Assembly (NCBI GenBank): GCA_040766265.1
Contig: JAXGQW010000010.1
Coordinates: 363 to 64,362 of the forward strand
DNA length: 64,000 nucleotides
Reading direction: 5' to 3'
Origin: Verrucomicrobiota bacterium
Lineage (GTDB): Bacteria; Verrucomicrobiota; Verrucomicrobiia; Limisphaerales; J093
A model generated the notes under the pieces. That model searched no databases and was not told where the DNA came from. It saw nothing but the letters and a program-made list of their open reading frames with translations. Positions 25,851 to 36,808 of this stretch are shown in pieces. The position numbers and the translations under genes are program-made. Numbering within the stretch: position 1 is the stretch's first letter; each line of letters starts with the position of its first letter.

Positions 25851-28800
25851 GTGACCGCGATGCTTCCTTTTTTTGGCCGGGCACTGCCTTGCCTGATCCT
25901 CGGCATGGCGATATGGGCAGCGGAACCCGGACAGCCGTCTCTGAGCCTGGTCCCCGGAGCAAACGTCGATGTGGCGCCCTGGGGAGAGCGTGCTTCCTGG
26001 GAGAACGACCGTGACGCGGGCGTCTGGTGGGAGGATCCTCGAGACATCCACCGGGTCGTCGTGGCATTTGCGGACACGCCGCCACCGCCCGACCGGGCCA
26101 GGCTCGAGTGGTGGCAATCCCAGTGGCCGGAGCGGCGGATTCCCCGAGACCAGCCCGCCGGCGCCGGAGAGTCCGGCTGGGGGCACCTGGGGGATCTCTA
26201 CCAGGGCCAATGGCGGGAAGCCGACGCGGACATCGAGTCAACCGGGACAACCTGGGAGTACACCTTCCGCCCGATTCACCAGAAGGAGTTCAGACGACTC
26301 GAGAGCTTTGAGGCGAGGCACCGGACCACGATGCGGCTGCGCCTCCTGTTCGAAGGCACGGCGCCCAAGATCGAGAGGATCGAGGCCTTCACAGACTCGG
26401 TATGGAGGTCCGTCGAGATCGGCATCGAGTGGGGCGGCCAAGCCACTGGCGAACGACGCTGGGACGGACAACTCAGCGTTTTTAACGGCTACGTCGAAGC
26501 CCTCGCGCCCCTGGTCAGCGGCCCTGGGGGAAGCCGCGTTGAAATCACCAGCCCGGCTCAGTGGAGATCCAGCGTCCGAGATTTGCCGGATGGCGTGCGC
26601 TGCCGTGTCTGGTTCGCCGACAGTCCGAATGTCAACACGTTTGATTCGACCGTCGTGACGCTCCGTGCCGCCTCAGGCGGCTTCAGCTTCGACCCGGCGG
26701 CAGTGGGGAAGGGCGCGACGATTCTCTGCCCGATGCACGACGCAGTCGTCGGCCCGGCCGATCAAATCGCCCTCGAACATCTCAGGCAAACGAGAAGTCA
26801 GGGCGTCGGGTGTTCCGCCTTTCGCGCGGCCGCCGAGCGGGCCAGGACCAACGGCACGCCGACCCTCTATGCCCGGGTCTTCGACGAACCTGAGCAATCG
26901 CTCGAACGGGCCCTGGCCGAACAACCGCCCAAGCGGGGTCGCATGTACCTGCCGGTCGGGCTCGAAGGCGGGCGCCAGCGTTTCGGCATCAATCCGAGCG
27001 GCTCCGTGTTTTGCGTCAACGATCGGATCGACGCGCCGCCGGGCAAAGACACTGTGCGACGGAGATGGGGCGGTCAGCGGCTCGACTACGACTTCGGCCT
27101 TCCCCAGTCAGGCTTGACCAGGCGCTGGATCGAGGACGATTGCCTCCCCATCCAGCATGCGGAATGGGAATGCGAGGGCATCCGCTACAGCCAGACCGCC
27201 TTTGCGACCCGGCTTGACCCAGGCAGCCTGGGTTACCCTGACACGCAAGCTGACGACACGACGATTCTCATGGTCAAGATCGCCGGGCGCAACCTGGCCC
27301 AGGAGTACAAGCCCGCCCGCGTTGCGCTGTCGTTGCGCGCAGACGGACGCAGCGTGCCGCTTCACCTCGAAGAAGGTGTGGTCCGGGCGAGGCTCGCTGA
27401 CGGGGAAGTGATCCGGGCATTGATTGAAGGGCAGGGTCAGGCCAATCCGCCTGAGGTCGACGGGACGATCCAGTACTTCGGGAACATGCCGCCCGGCACC
27501 GACGGCTTCATTGTGGTCAAGATCCCATTCATTACACTGGACGCGCCGGATGAGATTGAGCGTTTGCGCAATCTCGAATTCGACCGCGAGTTCGATCGGA
27601 CCAGGCGGTTCTGGAGGAGCCGGGTCGCGGCCGGGACCCGAATCACCACGCCCATCCCGGAGCTGAACAACTTCCATCGCGCTCACGTGTCGCACCTGCT
27701 CATCAACTGCGGGCGCGAGCCCGGGGCGAATCGGCTCGCTGCGCGGGTCGGCGGTTTCTCCTACGGCGTCTTCGGGAACGAATCGTGCATGATGATCACG
27801 GACCTGGACCGCCGCGGGCTGCACGGTGAAGCCGAACGCTGCCTGGACACCTTCCTGGACTACCAGGGGACGGTGCGCTTGCCGGGCGATTACACCTCGC
27901 AGGAAGGGGTCTTCAACGGCGCATTCGGCTGGGAGGAGGGCGGATACAACCAGCATCATGGATGGATCATGTGGGCCATGGCCGAGCATTATTGGCAGAC
28001 CGGCGACAAGCCCTGGCTGGCCCGACACGCCGATCGGCTGGTCAAGGCCTGCCACTGGATCATCAGTCAGCGCGCCCGAACCCGGAACCTCGACGGCCTC
28101 AGACGCATCGAGCGCGGCCTCTTGCCGCCCGGGTCGCTCGAAGACATCGGCGACTGGCGCTGTTGGATGTCCAACAACGGATTCAGTTGGTGGGGGTTGA
28201 ACGCCGTCGCGAGCGCCTTGGCGGACATTCACCATCCCGAGGCGCAGGCGTTGAGGACTGAAGCGGAGGCCTATCGACGCGATATTCTCGACGCGTTCCA
28301 CGAGGCGAGGGTGCGCTCGCCGCTCGTGCCGCTGCGCGACGGCACGTGGATTCCGCAAATCCCGTCCGAGGTCCATCGGCGTGGGCGGACGTTCGGCTGG
28401 ATCACTGTCACGCTCGAAGGACCGATCTACTTCCTCCGCACCGGGCTGATGGCGCCGGATGATCCCATGGCAGTTCCGATCATGCAGGATTTCGAGGACA
28501 ATCTGTATTTGTCCGAACGGTATGGGTACTCGTGGGAGAAACACGGCGCCCATTGGTTCAGCCGGGGCGGCATTTCGATGCAGCCCAACCTGCTCTGCTC
28601 GCCTCATCCGTACTTGTTGCGAGACGAGATCAAGCATTTCCTGCGCGCTTACTTCAACGCGTTTGCCTCCTGCTATTATCCGGACACCCAGATGATGTGC
28701 GAGCATCCCCTGCCGGACCTTGGCGACTGGCGCGGCGACCATTACAAGGCCAGCGACGAGTCGAACTCAACCTACTGGCTGCGCCTGATGTTCATCGAGG

Positions 28801-29138
28801 ATGATCGGGGCGACGATGTCCTGCGACTCGGCATGGCCCTGCCGCGCGCGTGGCTGGCGGACGGCCAGAGTCCGGCCATCGAACGCGCCGCGACGCGCTT
28901 CGGCCCAATGAGCCTGCGGTACGAGTCCAGGGCAAATGCCGGCTCGATCACGGCAGTCCTCGACCCGCCAAGGCGCCGCGCGCCGGAGCGCGTCCTGCTC
29001 CGCTTCCGCCATCCGGAGGCCAAGCCCTTCCGGCGCGTCGAGGTCAACGGCCAGCCCTGGACGCGGTTCGATCCGGACAAAGAATGGGTCGAACTGCCGA
29101 AAGCGGAGCATCTATTGACCATCGTGGCCTTCTACTAG
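25851..29138 (+). CDS. Secreted six-hairpin glycosidase-like protein
   Basis: 1095 aa, signal peptide, Trp/Tyr-rich helical core (HGWIMWAMAEHYW.TGD..WL), C-terminal A.T.FG.MS beta domain; family unassigned. Confidence 0.65.
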   Translation: MTAMLPFFGRALPCLILGMAIWAAEPGQPSLSLVPGANVDVAPWGERASWENDRDAGVWWEDPRDIHRVVVAFADTPPPPDRARLEWWQSQWPERRIPRDQPAGAGESGWGHLGDLYQGQWREADADIESTGTTWEYTFRPIHQKEFRRLESFEARHRTTMRLRLLFEGTAPKIERIEAFTDSVWRSVEIGIEWGGQATGERRWDGQLSVFNGYVEALAPLVSGPGGSRVEITSPAQWRSSVRDLPDGVRCRVWFADSPNVNTFDSTVVTLRAASGGFSFDPAAVGKGATILCPMHDAVVGPADQIALEHLRQTRSQGVGCSAFRAAAERARTNGTPTLYARVFDEPEQSLERALAEQPPKRGRMYLPVGLEGGRQRFGINPSGSVFCVNDRIDAPPGKDTVRRRWGGQRLDYDFGLPQSGLTRRWIEDDCLPIQHAEWECEGIRYSQTAFATRLDPGSLGYPDTQADDTTILMVKIAGRNLAQEYKPARVALSLRADGRSVPLHLEEGVVRARLADGEVIRALIEGQGQANPPEVDGTIQYFGNMPPGTDGFIVVKIPFITLDAPDEIERLRNLEFDREFDRTRRFWRSRVAAGTRITTPIPELNNFHRAHVSHLLINCGREPGANRLAARVGGFSYGVFGNESCMMITDLDRRGLHGEAERCLDTFLDYQGTVRLPGDYTSQEGVFNGAFGWEEGGYNQHHGWIMWAMAEHYWQTGDKPWLARHADRLVKACHWIISQRARTRNLDGLRRIERGLLPPGSLEDIGDWRCWMSNNGFSWWGLNAVASALADIHHPEAQALRTEAEAYRRDILDAFHEARVRSPLVPLRDGTWIPQIPSEVHRRGRTFGWITVTLEGPIYFLRTGLMAPDDPMAVPIMQDFEDNLYLSERYGYSWEKHGAHWFSRGGISMQPNLLCSPHPYLLRDEIKHFLRAYFNAFASCYYPDTQMMCEHPLPDLGDWRGDHYKASDESNSTYWLRLMFIEDDRGDDVLRLGMALPRAWLADGQSPAIERAATRFGPMSLRYESRANAGSITAVLDPPRRRAPERVLLRFRHPEAKPFRRVEVNGQPWTRFDPDKEWVELPKAEHLLTIVAFY

Positions 29139-29150
29139 CGCGCGGCCCGC

Positions 29151-31400
29151 TCATTCGACCGTGATCTGCACGCACTCGCTCGCCCCGCCGAGTGTGCTGC
29201 AAACGATCCGGTGTTTGCCCCGCTCGATCGGCCAGAACAGGGGCTGCCCGACACGCGATCTCCCGACCGGCCGGTCGTCCACAAACCAGTGCAGAGGATC
29301 GCCCGCCCGGTCGGTGGCGGCGTCGAATGCGATGCGCTGGGCATCGACGTCGAGGTCCGGCACATGGCGGTAGGTGCAGCCGCGCGCGGGTGACAGGATG
29401 CGCAACGAGCCGGCGGACTCCCCCGCTACCGGCGCCGCGCCCCGGTTCAGGAACGCCGCCACGGACGGAGGCCAGGCCGCTTTGGCACCCTCGCGGTGCA
29501 CCGGGCAGAACTCATGCCGGGAGACATTCGCGATGGCCCAGTCCTCGCTCCGACATCCACAATGCGGTCCCGGCACGCAGCCGCTCTCGGCACACACGGC
29601 GCGCGTCACAATGCCCGCCGGACGGGCAAACCACGGCCCCCGGTTGTCCGGATAGAGCCGCCGCAGCAGGTCCCAGGCGATGGGCGTGGCGATCCTGCGC
29701 CCGACCAGATGTTCAGAGGCGGATCCGTCCGAGTTGCCCGCCCAGACGGCAATGACGACTTCCGGATTCCAGGCAACCGTCCAGGCGTCGCGCAGACCCG
29801 CGGAGGTCCCGGTCTTCCAGGCCATGGGCGGCAAGCGCACGTCGGCAGTATGGCCCGTGGCGTCCATGGCGCGCTCCTCTCCACCGAGCATCTCGCTGAT
29901 CAGCCAGCAGGCTTCCGGCGAGAAGACCCGCCGCGTCGCCGGCGGGTTCGGGGACTCGACGAAGCGCGGGGGAGCCCAACCGCCGCCCCGCGCCAGGCAG
30001 GCATAGGCGTTGGCGAGGTCGAGCAACCGCACCTCCGCATTGCCCAGCACCAGGCCAAGTCCATAGTGAGATGCGGGTTTGGAGATTGAGGACAAGCCTA
30101 CGTCGCGGAGGATGGCGTGGAACCGTTCCTGACCCACCCGCTGCTCGATATCGATGGCCGGCAGATTCAGCGAAAGCACCAAGGCGTGGCGCACGCTGAC
30201 CCGGCCCAGAAAATCGAGCGAGAAATTCCGCGGATCGAAATCGCGAAAGCGCGCCGGCACATCCGCCAGCACCGTGGCGGGGGTGACGAGCCCGCAGTCG
30301 AGGGCCAGCGCGTAGGCGAAGGGCTTGAGGGTGGATCCCGCCGCGCGCCGCGCGACCGCGCCGTTGACTTGTCCCGCGCGAGGCCGCGCGTAGTCGGGGG
30401 AACCCACCAGGGCGCGCACCGCGCCGGTTCCGACCTCGATCACGACCACAGCTCCGCAGTCGACGGGGCCGCCCTGCAGACAACGTCGCAGACTGCCTTC
30501 GGCCAGGCGCTGCAGATCGGCATCCAGGGTGGTGCGGACGACGGACCCGCAGGCGGGGCGCGCGGGCACCCCGACGAGGTCGCAGAAGTGCGGCGCGCTG
30601 AACGGATAGGAACCGGGGCGCACCTGGATCGGTTGGGCGAGAGCCTCCGCCCGTTCCCGTGCCGTGATCATCCCCCGGGCTTGCATGCGGTCGAGGACCC
30701 AGGCCTGACGTTCTTTCGCCCGCTCCGGATGTCGGTCGGGCCGCAAACGCGATGGGGATTGCGGCAAACCGGCAAGCAGGGCCGCCTCGGCAAGGCACAG
30801 TTCATCGGCTCCTTTGTGGAAGTAGCGGCGCGCCGCGGCCTCGATGCCGACGATGTTGCCGCCGAAGGGCGCACGGTCGAGATAATGCGCCAGGATCTCC
30901 CGCTTGCCCAGGCGGCGCTCCATCTGCAGTGCGCGGAAGGCCTCGATCACCTTGGTTCGGAGCGTCCGCGGGCGCGGCTCAATCATCCGAATGACCTGCG
31001 TCGAGATCGTCGAGGCCCCCGAGAGGCGGCGTCCAGAGAACAGGTTCTGGGCTGCCGCACGCGCGATCGCCAGACCATCGACGCCGGGATGCGACCAGAA
31101 CCGCCGGTCTTCCGCGGCGACGATGGCCTTGACGATCCAGTGCTCGGCAGCAGGTGCGTAGCCTGGGCGTCGGTCGAGTCCGCCCACGGCCAGACGCACC
31201 CGCAGCGGCTCGCCACCGCGGTCCGTCAGCACGACCGAGGGAGTGGCGCGTGTCAGTGTGTCCGCCGGAAATGGCGCCCAGCGCACCGCCGCTTCGAACG
31301 CGGCGGCACAGGCGGCTCCGGCCAGGGCCGTCCGCCACGCCCACGCGCGTTTCCCGCGGGGGCGGCATCGACGACATGGTGTTGTAGCCGCCTGGCTCAT
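29151..31400 (-). CDS. pbpC: Penicillin-binding protein 1C
   Basis: EDRRF..HPGVD, GASTISTQ, STLK, SLN, KTGTS and PBP1C-type C-terminal domain; ATG at 31400 overlaps A2M stop. Confidence 0.92.
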   Translation of the reverse strand: MSQAATTPCRRCRPRGKRAWAWRTALAGAACAAAFEAAVRWAPFPADTLTRATPSVVLTDRGGEPLRVRLAVGGLDRRPGYAPAAEHWIVKAIVAAEDRRFWSHPGVDGLAIARAAAQNLFSGRRLSGASTISTQVIRMIEPRPRTLRTKVIEAFRALQMERRLGKREILAHYLDRAPFGGNIVGIEAAARRYFHKGADELCLAEAALLAGLPQSPSRLRPDRHPERAKERQAWVLDRMQARGMITARERAEALAQPIQVRPGSYPFSAPHFCDLVGVPARPACGSVVRTTLDADLQRLAEGSLRRCLQGGPVDCGAVVVIEVGTGAVRALVGSPDYARPRAGQVNGAVARRAAGSTLKPFAYALALDCGLVTPATVLADVPARFRDFDPRNFSLDFLGRVSVRHALVLSLNLPAIDIEQRVGQERFHAILRDVGLSSISKPASHYGLGLVLGNAEVRLLDLANAYACLARGGGWAPPRFVESPNPPATRRVFSPEACWLISEMLGGEERAMDATGHTADVRLPPMAWKTGTSAGLRDAWTVAWNPEVVIAVWAGNSDGSASEHLVGRRIATPIAWDLLRRLYPDNRGPWFARPAGIVTRAVCAESGCVPGPHCGCRSEDWAIANVSRHEFCPVHREGAKAAWPPSVAAFLNRGAAPVAGESAGSLRILSPARGCTYRHVPDLDVDAQRIAFDAATDRAGDPLHWFVDDRPVGRSRVGQPLFWPIERGKHRIVCSTLGGASECVQITVE

Positions 31401-34400
31401 GGAATCACCCGCACCTGACCGCCAGCGGCCACGCCCCGGATTTCCGGCTCGTACATTCCGGACACGGTGACCGGAGGGAGCGCATAGAGACCCGGTGTCA
31501 CGGCGCGCACGGCGTAGTGGAAGCTGGCTGTGTCCTGGATCGGCCCGGTGAACACGAGCATCCGGTCGTCGCGGGCATCGCGGTGCGAGTCGCCCTCGTC
31601 CTTCTGCTTGATCCAGTCGCATTGCTGCGAGGTGGCCAGGTGCGCGTTTTCGATCTCCCACCCGGCGGGCAGGAGATCTTCGATGACCAGTTGGTCGAGC
31701 CTGCGCCCCTTCGTGTCCACTGTTAATCGCACGACGATCAACTCTCCCTGTGGCAGCTCCGCAGGATCGATCGGTTCCCCGCCCGGATCGAGGAATTCCC
31801 GCTGGATTGAGACTCCCTGTTCCGACGCCGCTTCGGGCGTGGGCGAGACTCCCTCGTGGCGCATCAGCAGATAGAGCGTGCCCGGACCATCGTTCTTCAC
31901 GGTCACGGAGCCGCCCTGGCCGGAGCCGAGCGACCAAGCGACGTCGTTTGTGCCCGAGAATGCGCGCACCGAGCCGTCCGGCAGCGTCAGGGTTCCGGCG
32001 AACGGCTGTTCCGCGGCGGGGAGATGTCGCGCCAGCTTGCCAAAGGCCAAGAGCGCCAGGGCGTTGTCCTGCGTGTTGCCCCAGTGTCCGTCTCGCTGGC
32101 AATCGCGCAAGTGCTGGGCCAGCCGCGTCACGGCCTCATGTTGCGGATTCACATCGATCCAGGCGGCGAGCAGCAGCGCGGCGTCGCGCACATTGCTGTC
32201 CAGCAGCCGCCCCGGCACGCGCGCCCGAGCCGCCGGCAGGCCCATCGATTCAATCAGCGGCAGGGCCCGACGCGGCTCCCCAGCGAGGATCATCGCGGCG
32301 GCAAGGTGAGCGCGGGCCGCGAAATTCAGGCGAACGGATTGCTCGTTCAGGCGCGCGTTCCAGCCTGCATCCGCGCGTCCTGCGAGAGCGAGGATATGGC
32401 ATTGGTAGGCGCGGTCCTGCATTGCGACAGTCCAGTCAGCTTCGCTGGCTGCGCTGGACACCGGCGAATCGAGGCAACTCCGCACCCAAGCCAACGCCAG
32501 ATCGAGGCGATCGGCAGGCACCCGGAAGCCGGACGCGTTGGCCTCGACCAGGAAATGTGTGGCATACAGAGAAGCCTCCTGCGCCACACTGCGCGAGAAC
32601 GGCCACGGCGCGAAGCCGCCGTCCTCCTGCTGCATTGAAAGCACGCGCGCAATCGCCCCGGGCACCCAAGCCGACACGTCGCCAATCGACCGGTCGGAAG
32701 GCAACAGGCGTGTCGCCCACTCGGCTGCGTACAGCAGCGGAAAGGCGCCCGACACCGTCTGTTCAAGACAACCGTACGGATAGTGCACCACGTGATCGAG
32801 CGCACGGCCCATCTGCAGCGACGGGAGTGCCGAGAGCACACCCGAGACCGACAGCGACGCCTCGATCCAGTCTTCCGGCGCGGCCACGGTGGCGCTTTCA
32901 CCGGGCGCCAGCACACGGTTTACGGCTTGGACACGACTGCCGGACGGCGGACGCACCGCCAGTTCGATGGTGTCCCGGAACGATTCAGCGCCGGCGTCGA
33001 CCTCGATCGTGCAAAGCGCCTTGCCCGGTCCCGGTCCCGCCGCCAGCGGCAGCGGCGCCTGGGCCGAGCCGCCCGCCGGGATTTCGATCGTTTGCTCTGC
33101 CCGGTCGGTTCGCAACGGACCACCGCAGGTTACACGCAGAGTTGCCGTGAGAGGTCCGTCGCTCTCGTTGCAAAGCGAAACCGACGCCGCGCACGCATCG
33201 CCAATGGCCAAGAACCGCGGCAGTGCGGGCTGCACGACCAGGTTGCGTTTGACCCGCACGGGGATTGCGGTCGAACCGGTCTGGGCCTCATTGTAGGCCA
33301 CGGCCATCAAGCGCAGCTCCCCGACAAACTCGGGCAGATCCAGTTGGAAGCGGGCCTGCCCATTGGCATCCAATGGCAGAGCAGCCAGCCACATCGCCAC
33401 CGGCTTGAACCGGCTGGCCTGAATCGGGTTGAGCCGCCGCCGCAGGAGGCTGCCACCGTCGCCGCCCGGCGCAGCCGCCTTCTCGAGTTCGTCGCCGATC
33501 AACGGCATCAGCTCGCTGTAGAGATCGAAGCCGTCCACACCCAGCGCCCGCTGCGCCTCAAAGACGTTCGCTGGATCGGGCGTCTTGAACTCGGTCAGCA
33601 GGCAGATCGCTTCGTCGACCGCCAACACCGTCACCGCGCCTCGCGCGGGCTTGCCGTCTTCAGCGCGCACGGTCACGGCGCCGTGGTACTGTGTCTGGGG
33701 GCGTGCCGCGGCTGGCCCGTCCAAGCGAAGATCGAGTCGGTGACCGGGCCGATCCACCGGCAGTGCGATTGCCCCCAGGGCACGGTGCGCGCTCCAGACC
33801 GCCTCCGGGCGCGCGGGGCGAATGAGCGTCAACGTGCAATACAGATTGGGGATACTGTCCGCGTCCACACGCACTTCGATCTCGGCGGTATTCTTGTCCA
33901 GCGTCACCAAGCGCGCCTCGCGCACGCGATCCGTCTCCACCGTCAGCAACCCCGTACCGGCGAAGGGCGCGCGCACCTGCAAACGCGCCACGTCGCCGGG
34001 ACGGTAACGCTCCTTGTCCCACGACAGTTCGACGCGGCCTGGCCGCTCGCGGCTCCAGGCGAGCCAGCGGGAATCGGTTGCACCGGCGGCGAACGAGAGA
34101 CTGCTCGAGGCGCCCGAGGCGGGATCGGACGCCGACAGCAGGTATTCCCCCGCGCTGTCCACCGCGAAGGCCCAGTCCGTCGGCGTGCCGCCTGCGCCCA
34201 GGGTATCCTGGCGGATGACGACGGCCTGGCGTTCCGACTGCCACTCATAACGGCCCTGACTGTTCTTCCGCAGCACCGAGTTCCACGTCACGCGCGACAG
34301 CGTCAAGACCAACGGCTTGCCTGCCGCCACTGGCGTGCCGTCGGGCGCCACCTCGACCACCGCCACCCGCTGCGTCTCGCCTGCGCGAACCGCACCCTCC

Positions 34401-36808
34401 CAGGCCTGTTTGAGCCCGACGTAGAAGGGATAGGCATCCAATCGCCTCGCGCCGTAGGCCGTCACGGCCCGTCCGCTCGGTTCCATCACGGTCGCCCCCA
34501 GCACCACGCGCAGGCTTGCCGGGGGCCGCCAGGCCCGCAGGCTCTCCACGTCGAACCCGCGGCGGCCCTGGGCATCCAGCCAACCTGCCCCGAGCTTTTG
34601 GTGGACGGGGGCAAACTCCTTCTCGCTGTCGCCAAACCACCATCCGGGCCAGTCGGGCGACGTGAAGGGCGCCGGGTTGATGGTGGCGGTTCCGGTCACC
34701 CGCAATCCATGAGCCGCGCGTCCGAACAAGTAGGCGGCGCGCACGCCGAAGCTGAGCGTGTCACCCGCCTCAGCCGGTTCCTTGGGCGCTTGGACGTCGA
34801 CTCGGATCTGTGGCGGCACGAAATCCTCGAGTGCCACCGAAGTTTCACCTAGCACCGTGAATGTGCCTGGCATGGCCAGTTCCACGAGGTAACGGCCCGT
34901 CGGCAGGAACTCGGGCAGCCTGACCTCTGTCCGCGCGGATCCGTACTCATCCAGCCCCACCGGAACGTCCTGATAGACGCGCCCGTCGGGTCTGCGGACG
35001 CGCAGCAGCGCGGGGAACGGCTCTGGTGCGCGGCTCTGCGAGTCACGGGCAATGGCTTGGAGGAACATCGTCTCGCCCGGACGGTACACGCCTCGATCGG
35101 TGAATACGGCCGCTTCCACCTCGCCTGGCGCCAGGTAACGCGCTCCTGCGAGGCCCTCGCCCTGATCGACCTTCGTCCCGGCCAGATCGAGATAGGACAG
35201 GTCGCCATCGAGCGCCGCCGTGATCACGAACGGCTCCGTGCCGTCCTCTGCCGGCCACTCGAACCGCGCCACCCCCTGCGGGTCGGTCGTGCCGCGGGCC
35301 AGCGCCTGATTGTTCCGCGCCAGAACCTGCACGGCGGCCCCCGCCGCGGGCTCCGCCTTCCGCAGCGAGTTTACCCACACCAGCACCCCGCCTCGGAACG
35401 TTCGCGCAGCAATGCCCAAATCCGTGACGACCAGAAGCCGGCCATCGCCATTAGCCTGCGGACCGCCGACCTCGATCCAGTAGACGCCGCGCGGCTCCGC
35501 GCCCGCCAGTGCGCGCAGGTCGACCGCCGCGCGCACCGTCGCGCCGCCCGTCGAGGCTGGCAACGCATTGGTTGCGGTCCGCCGGGGGCCCGCCAAATCC
35601 GTCGTCAGGGGGCCCCAGTGGTCGTCCGACTCGCGACGGGCCAGTTCGACCAGGTTGTTTTCGAACACCGGCATCAGCGCCACAACCATCTCTTTCAGGT
35701 TGACGGCCCGAACCGGCACGCTCAGCGCGCCGCCCGGCGCCAGGTACCGCCCTGGTTCGTCCAGTCGCACCGCCGGTGAGGGCACGGGAAACTGCACCAC
35801 CCGCTTGACCGTCTCCGGCAGGCTGGACCCATTGGCCGCCGGCAGCCCCGACCGGAGAGTGACGGTGTAGATGCCGCCTGGGCTGAAATCGCCTCGCAAC
35901 AGGAACCGCTTGCCCTGCCAGGACTCGACCGCCTCGATCGTGTAGGCCGCCGCCGGCTCGATCAGGATGAATTCCTTCGCCTGGCTCGCCTCCGGAAACG
36001 CGGTGAACTTCAGGTCGAGCAACGGCGGCTCGAACGAGGGGCATTCCGCATCGATGCCGCGAAGCAGCATCTTCACCTCCATCGTCAGAACCCCGCGCTC
36101 CTCGCGGTCCAATGGTCTCGCGTCCGATGCCGAGGGCAAGCCCGGGGCGAGACGGTATTCGAGTTTCTCCGCCAGCACCGGCTGCGTCTCGACCATCACC
36201 GTGTTCGGCCCCATTGCCCCTGAGAGCCGATACTCGACATCGCCCTGTCCCTCCGCCGAAAGATGCAGATGGCGTGTCAAGTGCTCGCGCTCGGGCTTCT
36301 CGTTGAACTCGAATACCAAGGTGACCGCCCGATCTGGCGACACGTCCGCCTGCTCCACCTTTCGGAGCCGCAGAACCTTGTCTGCCGGCCTGGCGGTTTC
36401 CTCGATGCGAACCGGCTCGGGCCCCGGCCCAGACGCCGGCTCACCCCGCGACGGCAACTGCGCGGTCCACTTCCACACCCCGTAGGCGTTCAGCAACAGG
36501 AACGCCAGTCCGAGCGCAAACCAGCGTCCCGACCCGCGGCAAGAGGACGTCGGAGAGGCGGGGGCCGACGCGCCGGCTGACGCTTCTTCCGCGAACGATT
36601 CCGGCGGATCCATCTCGGCCAGGATCCGCTCGATGGCATCGAGGTTCGCTTCGCCTTTCGCCTCCGCGCGCCGCATCGCTTCGGCGATGTGGTCCCGAAG
36701 ACCCGACAGGACCTCCCGGCGCGCCGCCGCGGTCCGGTGCGCCAGATGCCTCTCAACGGCGGCGAGATACGCCTCGACGCTCCGTGCGGACGCCTCGTTC
36801 CACTTCAT
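31397..36808 (-). CDS. Bacterial alpha-2-macroglobulin with N-terminal HAAS-like domain and TM anchor
   Basis: TDRGVYRPGE, AVDEAI, YPYGCLEQ thioester motif, DLLPAGWE, RDDR, MYEP; N-terminus YL..V..HL...R.EVL..LR.HI.E...ILAEMDPPESFA followed by TM helix. Confidence 0.93.
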   Translation of the reverse strand: MKWNEASARSVEAYLAAVERHLAHRTAAARREVLSGLRDHIAEAMRRAEAKGEANLDAIERILAEMDPPESFAEEASAGASAPASPTSSCRGSGRWFALGLAFLLLNAYGVWKWTAQLPSRGEPASGPGPEPVRIEETARPADKVLRLRKVEQADVSPDRAVTLVFEFNEKPEREHLTRHLHLSAEGQGDVEYRLSGAMGPNTVMVETQPVLAEKLEYRLAPGLPSASDARPLDREERGVLTMEVKMLLRGIDAECPSFEPPLLDLKFTAFPEASQAKEFILIEPAAAYTIEAVESWQGKRFLLRGDFSPGGIYTVTLRSGLPAANGSSLPETVKRVVQFPVPSPAVRLDEPGRYLAPGGALSVPVRAVNLKEMVVALMPVFENNLVELARRESDDHWGPLTTDLAGPRRTATNALPASTGGATVRAAVDLRALAGAEPRGVYWIEVGGPQANGDGRLLVVTDLGIAARTFRGGVLVWVNSLRKAEPAAGAAVQVLARNNQALARGTTDPQGVARFEWPAEDGTEPFVITAALDGDLSYLDLAGTKVDQGEGLAGARYLAPGEVEAAVFTDRGVYRPGETMFLQAIARDSQSRAPEPFPALLRVRRPDGRVYQDVPVGLDEYGSARTEVRLPEFLPTGRYLVELAMPGTFTVLGETSVALEDFVPPQIRVDVQAPKEPAEAGDTLSFGVRAAYLFGRAAHGLRVTGTATINPAPFTSPDWPGWWFGDSEKEFAPVHQKLGAGWLDAQGRRGFDVESLRAWRPPASLRVVLGATVMEPSGRAVTAYGARRLDAYPFYVGLKQAWEGAVRAGETQRVAVVEVAPDGTPVAAGKPLVLTLSRVTWNSVLRKNSQGRYEWQSERQAVVIRQDTLGAGGTPTDWAFAVDSAGEYLLSASDPASGASSSLSFAAGATDSRWLAWSRERPGRVELSWDKERYRPGDVARLQVRAPFAGTGLLTVETDRVREARLVTLDKNTAEIEVRVDADSIPNLYCTLTLIRPARPEAVWSAHRALGAIALPVDRPGHRLDLRLDGPAAARPQTQYHGAVTVRAEDGKPARGAVTVLAVDEAICLLTEFKTPDPANVFEAQRALGVDGFDLYSELMPLIGDELEKAAAPGGDGGSLLRRRLNPIQASRFKPVAMWLAALPLDANGQARFQLDLPEFVGELRLMAVAYNEAQTGSTAIPVRVKRNLVVQPALPRFLAIGDACAASVSLCNESDGPLTATLRVTCGGPLRTDRAEQTIEIPAGGSAQAPLPLAAGPGPGKALCTIEVDAGAESFRDTIELAVRPPSGSRVQAVNRVLAPGESATVAAPEDWIEASLSVSGVLSALPSLQMGRALDHVVHYPYGCLEQTVSGAFPLLYAAEWATRLLPSDRSIGDVSAWVPGAIARVLSMQQEDGGFAPWPFSRSVAQEASLYATHFLVEANASGFRVPADRLDLALAWVRSCLDSPVSSAASEADWTVAMQDRAYQCHILALAGRADAGWNARLNEQSVRLNFAARAHLAAAMILAGEPRRALPLIESMGLPAARARVPGRLLDSNVRDAALLLAAWIDVNPQHEAVTRLAQHLRDCQRDGHWGNTQDNALALLAFGKLARHLPAAEQPFAGTLTLPDGSVRAFSGTNDVAWSLGSGQGGSVTVKNDGPGTLYLLMRHEGVSPTPEAASEQGVSIQREFLDPGGEPIDPAELPQGELIVVRLTVDTKGRRLDQLVIEDLLPAGWEIENAHLATSQQCDWIKQKDEGDSHRDARDDRMLVFTGPIQDTASFHYAVRAVTPGLYALPPVTVSGMYEPEIRGVAAGGQVRVIP

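Noticed and set aside
31401-32102. 983-aa PbpC N-terminal extension
   Set aside because: Overlaps the A2M 3' end; the coupled ATG at 31400 is the likely start
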